The notes beneath the pieces were generated by a model. The model did not search any database. It saw only the letters and a list, made by a program, of their open reading frames with translations, and was not told where the DNA came from. From NCBI GenBank assembly GCA_964388035.1, contig CAYLZE010000011.1, forward strand, positions 1-64,000: a stretch of DNA of 64,000 bases. Reading direction: 5' to 3'. Positions 28,680 through 38,758 of this stretch are shown here, piece after piece (the first letter of the stretch is position 1; each line of letters starts with the position of its first letter). The position numbers and the translations under genes were made by a program. This DNA comes from an uncultured archaeon. Lineage in GTDB: Archaea > Asgardarchaeota > Lokiarchaeia > Sigyniarchaeales > SOKP01.

Positions 28680-29213
28680 ATGAAGAAAGATTCTTTAGCA
28701 CTCATTGGATTCATGGCTACTGGAAAAAGTACAGTGGGAAAAGCTTTAACAGAAAAGTTAGGGGGAGATTATGAATTCCTAGAAATAGATGAAATCATAG
28801 AAAAGCAAGCAGGTAAAACCATTCCTCAAATTTTTTCTGAAGAAGGAGAAATAAAATTCAGAGAACTTGAAATTGCCGCGTGTAAAAGTCTTTCACAAAT
28901 GCATAAAAAGGTCATCTCTTGTGGAGGAGGGGCCGTACTGAATAAGATCAACATGGATTATCTAAAAAAAAATTGTTATATTGTATTACTTACAGCATCC
29001 AAGGAAGAATTAGCCAAAAGAATAGTGAAAGATGGAATAGAAAAACGACCAAAAATCAAGAAAGAAGATTTCAATAAAGAAATGGTGACCCTTTTAGAGT
29101 TCAGAAAACCTTTTTATTCGGCTCAAGCTGATTTTCAAATTGACACTACTGGAAAAAGCATACAGCAGATTGTAGAGGAAATTATTTCTAAAATTAATAA
29201 AAATAAAAAATAA
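28680..29213 (+). CDS. aroK: Shikimate kinase, bacterial (P-loop) type
   Basis: IGFMATGKSTVG, IF..EGE..FRELE, SCGGGAV, RP, R...Y. Confidence 0.93.
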   Translation: MKKDSLALIGFMATGKSTVGKALTEKLGGDYEFLEIDEIIEKQAGKTIPQIFSEEGEIKFRELEIAACKSLSQMHKKVISCGGGAVLNKINMDYLKKNCYIVLLTASKEELAKRIVKDGIEKRPKIKKEDFNKEMVTLLEFRKPFYSAQADFQIDTTGKSIQQIVEEIISKINKNKK

Positions 29214-29228
29214 GTAAAATTCAAGAAA

Positions 29229-30071
29229 ATGAGCATAATTAAGGATTTCTTAAATATTATCAAAGATATTAATGAAGTAGTGCAAATTCCTCCTATTAAG
29301 GAAATCTTCATACCAACTTCTGAAATTCTGATAAAAAGTCCTAAAAAATCTAGTTTTGGGGCAGTTCAATTAGAGGATAAGACAATTGGAATCGTATTTC
29401 TCAATTTAAATGATAAGATAAAAGAAGAAAGTAAATCTTTCGATTTAAATACTTTCAAGGGTACAAATACGATAGATTTAGCGTTAAAGTTTAGTTCTTC
29501 AAATGATTTTTATAAAACCTTAGGACTTGGAGCCATGAATGCAATTAGCCAATACATCCTTCGAAAACCAGGCTTTTCTTTTGACTTTACTACGGATCCC
29601 TTGGGAAAATTATATTTGAATAACCAAGATAATGTGGGCATGGTTGGATTTTTCCCTCCTTTAGTTAATTTAATCAACAAAATGGAGATACCTCTCATAG
29701 TGATTGAAAAAAAGGAGCAGCTAGTTCAACAACACGAGAATTGGCAAGTAACTCTCGATGCTTCTGCATTAGAACGATGCAATAAAGTCCTTTGTACGAG
29801 CACCACCGTATTAAATAATACCCTCGATGATATTTTATCACATTGCAAAAGTGCGGATAGAATTGCTGTTGTGGGGCCTACTGCAGGATTTCTACCGGAC
29901 CCTTTATTCAAAAAAAATGTCCAGGTAGTAGGGGGAACCTTCATTCAAGATCCGATGCTTTTCATGCAAAGGATAAAGAAGGGTATTAAATGGGGAGATT
30001 CGGCTGAAAAATATTGCATAGAAGATATTACCTATCCAGGATATAAGCACTTGCTTAAAACAATTTCATGA
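29229..30071 (+). CDS. DUF364 family Rossmann-like protein
   Basis: LGLGAMNA, VGMVGFFPPL, TSTTVLNNTLD..L, VVGPTAG. Confidence 0.8.
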   Translation: MSIIKDFLNIIKDINEVVQIPPIKEIFIPTSEILIKSPKKSSFGAVQLEDKTIGIVFLNLNDKIKEESKSFDLNTFKGTNTIDLALKFSSSNDFYKTLGLGAMNAISQYILRKPGFSFDFTTDPLGKLYLNNQDNVGMVGFFPPLVNLINKMEIPLIVIEKKEQLVQQHENWQVTLDASALERCNKVLCTSTTVLNNTLDDILSHCKSADRIAVVGPTAGFLPDPLFKKNVQVVGGTFIQDPMLFMQRIKKGIKWGDSAEKYCIEDITYPGYKHLLKTIS

Positions 30072-30153
30072 GAAGAAATTTAAATCGAGCAAACACATAA
30101 ATTTAAATTATCTTACCCCACTTTTAATATAAAAACTCCAAGTTTGATTAAAG

Positions 30154-30324
30154 ATGAGCACGTATAAGCGTATAAAATGTGCAAAATGTGGAAATGAGAA
30201 TCCAAGAAAGCTCCATGAAGAACCTGATAAAAGTGAAGTACTTTATTATTCAATGCAAGGAACTCCCGTCTATAAAACACTTATAAAGTGCGGCGAATGC
30301 GGCTATAAGTGGAGTAAATCTTAG
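30154..30324 (+). CDS. 56-aa zinc-ribbon protein (below the ORF-track cutoff)
   Basis: Manual translation MSTYKRIKCAKCGNENPRKLHEEPDKSEVLYYSMQGTPVYKTLIKCGECGYKWSKS shows CxxC...CxxCG..W. Confidence 0.8.
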   Translation: MSTYKRIKCAKCGNENPRKLHEEPDKSEVLYYSMQGTPVYKTLIKCGECGYKWSKS

Positions 30325-30609
30325 CTTTTTGGTTTTAAACGTCAATGCTTATATCAAAACTATAATTTTTCTAATACTATTTTTCCTTTTTATCTATTTT
30401 TGATAATTTCATATGATTGGAATCCTCATAAATCATAAATGCATCTTTTATAGGTCAAATTAAGTTTGCGTTATGAAAAATATAAACTAAGAAATTTCTT
30501 AAATCTTAAAAGAACTATTAAGATGAAAAGATAGGAAAGAAATTTAATTTCTCTTGAGGAAGGAAGAAATTGAAGTTTCTCGTCTGACTTAAATTAAGTA
30601 AAAGAACAG

Positions 30610-30945
30610 CTATAGTCCAAAAATATATTCAATTTCTTTCTTATTATCATTTTCATTTGAAAAGATTGCCAGATAAAATAAGACTTTCATGATAAGGTCA
30701 GATTCATGAATTCTTTCTATTAAATTATTAACTCCATCTTGCATTTTCTCTAAATCAATGCGATCTTGAGGATAAAGCTTGTTTTGATTATCAAAATATT
30801 CATTTATTCTTCCGTATACTACATCCTCATATCCCGGGGTGAAAATCATATTTACAAAATCACGTCTTTCAGAGAAGTTAAAAATTTCTTCTAAGACTAT
30901 TTTGAAGCTGTCCGCAATTTTTTTTATAAATTTTTCTTCATTCAT
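30610..30945 (-). CDS. Hypothetical protein
   Basis: 111-aa ORF with ATG start in otherwise non-coding DNA; no motif. Confidence 0.55.
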   Translation of the reverse strand: MNEEKFIKKIADSFKIVLEEIFNFSERRDFVNMIFTPGYEDVVYGRINEYFDNQNKLYPQDRIDLEKMQDGVNNLIERIHESDLIMKVLFYLAIFSNENDNKKEIEYIFGL

Positions 30946-31286
30946 ATTTAAAAAAATAATCCAAAATTATTTAAAAAAATGTTATTAAACTATAATCGAT
31001 AAATTTTATAGGAGAAATTTGCAAAAAATCTTGCATTCTAAATGAGAGTACGTTCTTCTTTTCGAATAAATTATTGAGATCTAAAAACTAATGATGGATA
31101 TGAATCATTTTTTCAAATCTTTGACAATTTTTCCATCTTTTTTTATCTATTTCTTAAGAAAAGTAGCATAGAGTTAAAAATATTTGAGAAAATTTATCTT
31201 AAATAGAGATATAGTTAAAATTCTTAAGAACAAATTTTAAATCACGAAAATATGGTATCATAAATTCTCATTCGACTTCTAAAAGA

Positions 31287-32489
31287 TCAAAGAGATAATA
31301 CAATTTTATTATGCGATTTTAACATATCCGTGAGTATAAGTTCCATCGCATCTTTAATATCTGCATTATTATCTATGATACATCTTTTTGCATTGATTGT
31401 AGCCATTAAGATTTCATTCAATCCTCTTAAAATCATATCTGTAGAATAATAGGGTTTCTTAGAAGCCCACCATTGGGAACAGGAATACACACCTCTGTCC
31501 ATAAAATTACGTGCATTATAAAATAAATTAACTCTCTCGGGATTCATGCTATCCTTATATTTGCTTGCCAAATTAATGACAGTTAAGCCATACATGAATA
31601 GTTTGTGTTGTTCGATGTGTAATGGATTATTAGGGTCAAACCAGAGAGGATAGGGAACGTCATGAGCAATATCTCCAGGCATTGTGGACCAAGTGGAAGC
31701 TCTGGGATACTGGCTCGTTCCAACGGGAAATTTTTTTACAATTTCAGAAATAGTACAGAGTTTAATATCATTTCGATTTGGTAATTCATCAAACAAGGGG
31801 ATCAAAAATTGTTGAATCTTATGTTTAATATGGTGTCCAAAGGTTTCAACATCCATTGCAAGAATGACATAGGTATCTTGAGGAGAATTGGTGTAATGTA
31901 AGCGTTTAAAAAACTCTTCGACAGAATTAATTTTATTAAAAGCCAGATCCACTGAGATGTAATCATCTCTAAACAGTAATTTTAATCCATTAGGATGTTG
32001 AGAAATGAAATTAACTGGAAATTCGGGAAGGGTATTTGCTATACCACTCATGATAATCCATTCTAATCCCATTTGTTGCACTATTTTTAACACTTCCTCT
32101 GAAATGGCCATTTCTGGAGGGAAAAATCCTGTAGGCGTGTAAACTCTACCAAAATATCTGCTATTTGTTACATGATTTAATGAAACTTGACGCTCTATTT
32201 CTGGTTCTGGAAGTAAGGGCAAGATGGGATGGAATTTACCCGATTCAGTAAACTCCACCTGTCCTTTTGAAGCTAAAGTTGTAATCTTTTGAATTATATC
32301 ATTATGCTGATAATCCATGAATTGTTCTGTTAAGATTCCATTAATGTTTAATGTAATTTTTGCTTCCGGATGATTATATATCGCATCCAAGACAGGATCA
32401 TAGCATTCTTTAACAATTTGCTTGATGACAAATGGAACTTGAACAGGAGGTTGATAAAAATGAAATAAAAAAGCAAAATATACCGTCAT
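31287..32489 (-). CDS. Glycoside hydrolase family 57
   Basis: HFYQP, HPILPL, GFFPPEMA (nucleophile), AMDVETFGHH (acid/base), SCSQWW. Confidence 0.92.
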   Translation of the reverse strand: MTVYFAFLFHFYQPPVQVPFVIKQIVKECYDPVLDAIYNHPEAKITLNINGILTEQFMDYQHNDIIQKITTLASKGQVEFTESGKFHPILPLLPEPEIERQVSLNHVTNSRYFGRVYTPTGFFPPEMAISEEVLKIVQQMGLEWIIMSGIANTLPEFPVNFISQHPNGLKLLFRDDYISVDLAFNKINSVEEFFKRLHYTNSPQDTYVILAMDVETFGHHIKHKIQQFLIPLFDELPNRNDIKLCTISEIVKKFPVGTSQYPRASTWSTMPGDIAHDVPYPLWFDPNNPLHIEQHKLFMYGLTVINLASKYKDSMNPERVNLFYNARNFMDRGVYSCSQWWASKKPYYSTDMILRGLNEILMATINAKRCIIDNNADIKDAMELILTDMLKSHNKIVLSL

Positions 32490-32613
32490 GAATATAATAG
32501 GTAAAATATCTATTTTAAGCTATCATCAAAACTTTCTAATAAAAAAATTTAATTTCTCATTGGTTAAGCTTAAAAATAAAAGAATTAAATTAAAAAAAAA
32601 AATCAAATTAGAT

Positions 32614-34095
32614 TTAAATATCACTTCTTCGAACTTTTAATTTTCTCGCCATTAGGATGGTAATAACCGCAGTAAACAATCCTGCAATTAAAAACCATAT
32701 ATCTAGTGTGAAAAATGGGATTGAAAATGTATTAGAGCCCGCTTCAATATCTCCAGGATTCGATCCGTAAATGGCGATCCACCAATCGCGATTGCCATCA
32801 ACATCCCCATCATCTTGAGGTTTAGGACAACTTGATCGACCCCAGTTTCCACTAGATAAGATTAGAGTGCTATTATCTATGATGCAATACTTGCAATGTT
32901 GAAAAGAGAAATCTTGAGTTGCCCATAATCCCTGAGCTTTAACTTGTTCGCTATTTACTTGAGATTTTACTCCCACTTCCGTGAGACGATACATCGCATC
33001 TCGATTATAATCTTGTTCATATGAACCAACTTGCGATTTTTCTAAAAGTAATTTTACTGTTACACCATCAGCCATTCGATCTTTGATGATATCAATTAAA
33101 TACGGAGAAGAGAGAGTATAGACAGACAGATATATATTGGTTTTCGCTTTTTTGAGTAAATTTGAAACAACATTAAAACAATTATCGGGAGAAGCCATGC
33201 ATGTTACATCCATGGTTCCTTCAAAAGTCTGTGTCGTTGAAAATTGATTAATGTAAACCGATGGAGTAATATTCCCCGTTGGCTCGTCTTGGATTGTTTG
33301 GGTGGAAATCGTTTGTAGATGAACAGAGGGATCATAGTTTACACAGACAGACCAATCATGATTGTACAAGGTCAAATAATAGCCTGCCACACTAGAGGAT
33401 TCGATGATAAGTCCAGCTTCTCTATTTTCGCGTATCGATGTTGGGGACCAATTAATGGATGAGATTAGGACCTTAGCACCATCCACGATAACTCCTTTAT
33501 TATGCATGGTATCAAAATACATGGGAACGGTTCCGGTACAAATTTTTACTGAAATTCCATGACTTGTTAATAAATCTGCGCTAGCTTTAGAATCTGCATT
33601 ATTGGCGTCATCCAAAATTACTCTTACTTCAACGCCCCTATCATGGGCGGAAATGATGGCGTTTACCAATTCTGTTAAATCATTATATATGTACATTTGT
33701 TCAATGTATAAAGTCTGCGTAGCGCTGTTGATTAGAGAAATTATCTGTGACTCCGAATTATCCGGTGAAAGAATAGGGGTGATTTTCATGGTACCCGAAA
33801 TTTTCTCTGAATCATAAGGTTGATAATTGCTTCCATAAATTGTCGTGCTCTGGGCTTCTCCCTTTCCATCAACGGCAGGATCGTAAGCTTGTCCTAAAGA
33901 CCAGTCATAGCTGAACACTTTTCTGAAATAATCGACCACTCCTTGTGCTTGATTCGAGGAAGCATCTGCTGATAATCCAAGATTTTGATCTTCATTCGAA
34001 AATAAACCATTAAAACTTAAAGCACTAAGAGTAGGGAGTGAAATCAATGAGATTACACAAATTATGAAAATTTTTTTTTTTAAATTCGATATCAT
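32614..34095 (-). CDS. Membrane-anchored phospholipase D-superfamily protein (two HKD motifs)
   Basis: HNKGVIVD...SINW...NRE and HCKYCIID...SGNW...NRD; N-terminal signal/TM and C-terminal TM with basic tail. Confidence 0.88.
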   Translation of the reverse strand: MISNLKKKIFIICVISLISLPTLSALSFNGLFSNEDQNLGLSADASSNQAQGVVDYFRKVFSYDWSLGQAYDPAVDGKGEAQSTTIYGSNYQPYDSEKISGTMKITPILSPDNSESQIISLINSATQTLYIEQMYIYNDLTELVNAIISAHDRGVEVRVILDDANNADSKASADLLTSHGISVKICTGTVPMYFDTMHNKGVIVDGAKVLISSINWSPTSIRENREAGLIIESSSVAGYYLTLYNHDWSVCVNYDPSVHLQTISTQTIQDEPTGNITPSVYINQFSTTQTFEGTMDVTCMASPDNCFNVVSNLLKKAKTNIYLSVYTLSSPYLIDIIKDRMADGVTVKLLLEKSQVGSYEQDYNRDAMYRLTEVGVKSQVNSEQVKAQGLWATQDFSFQHCKYCIIDNSTLILSSGNWGRSSCPKPQDDGDVDGNRDWWIAIYGSNPGDIEAGSNTFSIPFFTLDIWFLIAGLFTAVITILMARKLKVRRSDI

Positions 34096-34386
34096 TCCCG
34101 ATTCCTCAAAAAAAGGGATAGATTTATTATTTATTTGGATTTCTTCGTTTTAAAGTTATCTATCTAAGATTAATATGATGAAAATCTAACCTATATAATA
34201 AGATAAATAGGTAATTTATACTTCCGACAAATTTTTTTATTTTATTAGGAATAAGATAAGAGAACTATCATTGAAGGTTTTTTATTGTTCAAAGTCCTTT
34301 TCACTTACTAATTATTCTTATTTATTAATTTTTAATTAAAAATAATTCATGAATTGATATCTTTAGTTCAAAAAAAAGAAGATAAT

Positions 34387-36183
34387 TTAGAATAACGTCT
34401 TTCTTAATACTTTTCCCGCCTTAACACCAGTATGCTGCTTATTTTTATAAGTAATTTCTCCATTAACAATTACATGTTCAATTCCATCAGGAGCTTGTCG
34501 AGGATTTTGTAAATCTCCTGTCATTTTAATTTTATTATAATCGAAAATTAAAATATCTGCATAATAATTTGGTTTAAGAATTCCTCTATTCTTTATTCCA
34601 TAACGCTCGGCAACAAAAGAAGTTGCTTTACGAATCGCTTCTTCTAAGGAAAGAAAACTTTTTTCTCTTACAAATCTTCCAATATAGTCTGCATACATTC
34701 CATAAAAGTGGGGCACAAAAACAGAGCTTAGAAATTCTTCAGGAATTCCAGTTCCTATTCTTTTTAAATTTTCAAGAGAAAAATTTAGTGTTGGGAGAAC
34801 GCTCATATCGGTGCAAGGCATGCTAAGAGGATGCTTCAAGTAAATGGGAAGTGTAAGGTAATTTGTTGCTCTATCCTCCGTAAATTGAAGCCATTTTATC
34901 TCAGGGTCTTCGACTATTAAATCAAAAATTATATCAAGACAAGGTTTATCGAATTCTATAGAAAGTTCTCCAATCGTTTTGTTGACATAATTTGAATTTT
35001 GGGATTCTACAATTTTAAATCTATTCATCCAAAAGGGATCTGCTTTTAGATGGATCATGCTAAATTTTAGATATCCCTCTTGATTTAATTTCTTTAATTT
35101 ATTCCGGAATTCATTATCTTTTAATTTCGCGATAAATTCTTCCTTGTTAAATTCCCTTAACCATTGTAATTTTTGTAATCGTGATAAAAGGAATTCATTA
35201 ATCAGGAGAGTTTTTGGGGCGATACTTGTATCTGAAACGATGATATCAAATGTTACATCTATTCCTTCACATTTTGCTTTATCAAATAACCAATGGGTAG
35301 CTTTTGCTGTTGCTTCATCGAGAAAATCAGGATGCGGTTGGGGTAAAACATATACTGTATAAATGTGAGAAACTTGAATGGGAAGACCTACTCTTTTTCC
35401 AATTTCAAAAGCTTCCATTAATCCCTTCTATTTCCCGATCCAAGCTTCTTCTATCGCTCCATGAAATACGCCATATCCATATAATTCCGAATCCTCAGTT
35501 GCCCATTGGCTTTGACAGTGTCTCAAATGAGATACATATATTCCTCCATATTTTTTTGCTACTTTTGCCAATTCCACGATTTCATCTGTATTGCAATATT
35601 CTGAAGGATCATAATCTAAACCCGTGGATAATCAATAAGCACCACATTTCATTCCATCTTCAACGAGTTGTTTCATTTCTTCAATTTCTTTAGAGGTTGC
35701 ATATCTCTTGAAATCTTCTCCCATGACATACCTTCTTACTACATTATGCCCAATGAATGGCACAAAATTGACAGAAATTCCTTTTCTTTCTACTTTTTTT
35801 AACCATTTAGCTTGACTTAAATCATTTTTTGATATCCCCGCTTCCCAACCGTCCAATCCAATTTTCCTTTTTGTTGGTTCAACACTCATACCCCTTTTGG
35901 GGGAAGGAGTAAGACCACAATTTCCTCCTATTGCTGTGGTTATTCCTTGCATTATAAAATTATGACAAAGTGGAAGAATCATCATTGTCAAATCCACATG
36001 ACAGTGAGGATCGATAAATCCCAGAGAAGTACATAACCCTTTTCCATCAATAATAACTTAAGCGCTTTCTTCCATTTTATTAATTGAAACTATTTTTGAA
36101 TTTTTAATCGTGATATCTCCAAAATAAGCGGGGGAACCCGTTCCATCAATAATTTTTGTATTTTTAATAATAATATCATTCAT
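34387..36183 (-). pseudogene. N-acyl-D-amino-acid deacylase (amidohydrolase) pseudogene
   Basis: One frame from ATG 36183 (IIDGTGSP, GFIDPHCH, GITT..GGNCG, LSTGLDY, LEEAIRKAT) interrupted by TAA 36060-36058, TGA 35634-35632 and TAG 35430-35428. Confidence 0.88.
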
Positions 36184-36480
36184 TATTTACACTTTATACT
36201 GATTTGTATAAAATACTTATCTTATTCGTTTAAATCTATAAAAACTTCTAAAATTCCATTTTATTATTTTTTTATTCTTTGATCATTTCACCTTCATACA
36301 ATAAATCTTTCGTTTCTTATCGTATCTAATTCTAGAAAAAGTAGTTTAGAACTCCATTTTTGATTCTTATTTATAAGTTTTTCGGAATCTAAGAAATTTC
36401 TCACTTCTTTCATGTAATAGAGACAAACTTTAATTATTACGCCATGTTATCAATATCAATATAGTTGCCTTGAATATATC

Positions 36481-37704
36481 ATGGAGACCACGATTAGTAG
36501 TGAGAAATGGCCTTTTTGGCCTGTCCTTTTACTTTCTCTTCTTTATCCCATCAATAATGCGTTGCTATCCCTTGCCATTCCTATTTATTATTTCAATTTA
36601 GGCACCAGTATAGAGATTATCGGTCTTTTAAGTTCGGGATCAGCATTAACCTATTGTTTTTCTCCCATTCTGGTAAATAATTTCTCCAATATGATAGGGC
36701 GCAGAAATAGCATACTTATCGCTTGTCTGGGAGGATTCATGGCAGAATTCACCTTTTTTTTTACTTTAAATCCTGTAATTTTTTTTATCTCTAGACTTAC
36801 GGAAGGTTTTGTAATGGGTTTTTTTTGGACCAGTTTACAATCCTCCATCTCTGATAATGTTTATAATCAAGATAAATTGATGTCAAGATATAATTTTTCT
36901 TGGAATTTGGGTTTAGTATTAGGGTTTTTGTTGGGTTTCCTTGTATTATTTTTCTCTAATAAAATTCTATTTGTTTTTTATATAAGTGCCTTAATAATTC
37001 TAGGGATGTTTATAGTGGGACTCTCCTCCTTTAAGGAGCCCCTAAAACTCAACGGAAATAATTCCCAATTACAATCAAATAATTCCCAATTACACTCATT
37101 GATGCAAAGAGATTCATCCAACGACCCTATTAATATAGATAAAGATTTTTCTCAATATAACATCCCTGTCATTTTACCTACGATTCTTATTATTATTTTC
37201 TCTTTACTTAAGACAGGAGTAAGTTTACTTTATCCCATAAAATCAGAAATTATTGGTTTTCCCGGGTATTCTACTTATTTATTATCTTTTTTAACAATAA
37301 TCGTGCAAGCCATATTTGCGTCCCTTGGTAGTAATATTTCATTTAAATTGTTAAAAAAAACAACTTATTCCATCATTTTGGTGACAATACCGACCATAAT
37401 TTTATTTGGAATCACTACTAATTTCTTCGTATTTTTAATATTATTTCTTATTGTGGGCGCCATTTCCGGATACTCTTTTGGAATTGCCCTAAAAATGTTT
37501 CTCTCCATGAACATTCGATGGAAAACCTCAAAATATAGCGGAATCATTGAGACTGTAAATGGAATTGCATTTTTCTTATCACCCATACTCATGAGCCTAA
37601 TAGCTGCAATCTCTTTAAATTTCAGCTTTTATTTCATGGCAAGTATTATAGGATTATTATTAATAATTTATATTTCTTTTAATCGTAGGATCATGAAAAT
37701 TTAA
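36481..37704 (+). CDS. MFS transporter (12 TM)
   Basis: Hydrophobic 6+6 layout, motif A-like SNMIGRR, ISRLTEG. Confidence 0.85.
   Translation: METTISSEKWPFWPVLLLSLLYPINNALLSLAIPIYYFNLGTSIEIIGLLSSGSALTYCFSPILVNNFSNMIGRRNSILIACLGGFMAEFTFFFTLNPVIFFISRLTEGFVMGFFWTSLQSSISDNVYNQDKLMSRYNFSWNLGLVLGFLLGFLVLFFSNKILFVFYISALIILGMFIVGLSSFKEPLKLNGNNSQLQSNNSQLHSLMQRDSSNDPINIDKDFSQYNIPVILPTILIIIFSLLKTGVSLLYPIKSEIIGFPGYSTYLLSFLTIIVQAIFASLGSNISFKLLKKTTYSIILVTIPTIILFGITTNFFVFLILFLIVGAISGYSFGIALKMFLSMNIRWKTSKYSGIIETVNGIAFFLSPILMSLIAAISLNFSFYFMASIIGLLLIIYISFNRRIMKI
37057..37098 (+). repeat. 21-bp tandem duplication in the MFS central loop
   Basis: AATAATTCCCAATTACAATCA then AATAATTCCCAATTACACTCA (NNSQLQS/NNSQLHS). 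Confidence 0.8.
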
Positions 37705-37823
37705 GAATTCATTTAAAAATATTCTATATTTATAACCAAAAGCAAAGGAATCAATCTACAAAATTCTAAAACTTTCTCGAATTTACAAAGAATATGAGTG
37801 AATAAAAAAAATTTGGAAAGGAA

Positions 37824-37929
37824 TGGCGCCCACAGCGGGATTTTCATCGTGAGTGACTTCACGCACGTTTTGAACCCGCGTCGCAGGAGTGACAGTCCCG
37901 AATGCTGGACCGGGCTACACTATGTGGGC
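37824..37929 (-). tRNA. tRNA-Asp(GTC) with 28-nt T-loop intron (59/60) and encoded CCA
   Basis: Acceptor GCCCACA/TGTGGGC+G+CCA; anticodon arm CGGGA-CTGTCAC-TCCTG; T stem GCGGG/CCCGC. Removing 37868-37841 restores TTCAAAT. Confidence 0.93.
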
Positions 37930-38255
37930 CAGATGGGTGGGTTACCCAAATTAGATATAAAAAAAGAAATACATCAAAATATAAAAATTTTATTCTCTTA
38001 TATCTCTGGCTCTAAAACATGTCATGATAAAGATAAATTACGGCATTTTAATTTTAAAAACAAAAATGGGATTCTATCCAAGGAAAGGAATTAAAGTTAA
38101 TAATTAGGAATTCAAATTTTAAAATTTTGAAATGATTTTGAAAATATGAATCACGAGAAGATTTTAACGGTATGATAATATTTTTATAGGTACGTGGTGA
38201 TGTTTTATTTATCATTAATAGGATATATTTGCATTTTGTCACATAATTTTTCATT

Positions 38256-38708
38256 TTGAAAAGTTCCATGCCAAACTTGAATACGATCAATTCCATATTA
38301 AATCTTCTTGAGAAAGATGATGAACAATTCCTTTCGGTATTAGATAGGTTTATTAAATTTAACATTATGATTGCTGATAATTCCGAGGAAATTAGAGAAG
38401 AATTATCACTATTAAATAAAATATATCAGTTTGTTATTTATGAAGGAGATAAGACTTTATTAAGCTTTTGGATTGAAAGAAATAATGATAAAATCTTATA
38501 TCAGCAGGGAATAAACCCAAAAGCCCAAGTGCATTTTAAATTATCTAAAACCACCTTGATTAAAGCAATTAAAAGGGAAATAAACTTATCAGATTATTTC
38601 ATGAAAGGGTTAATAGAAATTGATGGAGATATTTATGAAATTATTAAATTGAGAAACATTTTAAGGGATCTCTATGCTCATGTTTTGAAGAAATATCCTA
38701 TTAAATAA
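38256..38708 (+). CDS. SCP2 sterol/lipid-binding domain protein
   Basis: C-terminal TLIKAIKREINLSDYFMKGLIEIDGD fits SCP2; ATG 38268 is an alternative start. Confidence 0.7.
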   Translation: MKSSMPNLNTINSILNLLEKDDEQFLSVLDRFIKFNIMIADNSEEIREELSLLNKIYQFVIYEGDKTLLSFWIERNNDKILYQQGINPKAQVHFKLSKTTLIKAIKREINLSDYFMKGLIEIDGDIYEIIKLRNILRDLYAHVLKKYPIK

Positions 38709-38758
38709 CAAGAGAAAATTAGTTTTTTATAGTCGCTTTACAACAGGTGCTTTTCTAT

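Noticed and set aside
30488-30501. 14-bp palindrome TAAGAAATTTCTTA
   Set aside because: Almost entirely A/T in very AT-rich intergenic DNA, so plausible by chance.
34387-36183. Stop-codon reassignment or Sec/Pyl decoding in the D-aminoacylase gene
   Set aside because: All three stop types interrupt it and all three terminate normal genes in this window; the TGA aligns to Gly.
37798-38094. 98-aa ORF on the + strand
   Set aside because: It is the antisense shadow of the GC-rich tRNA-Asp gene.
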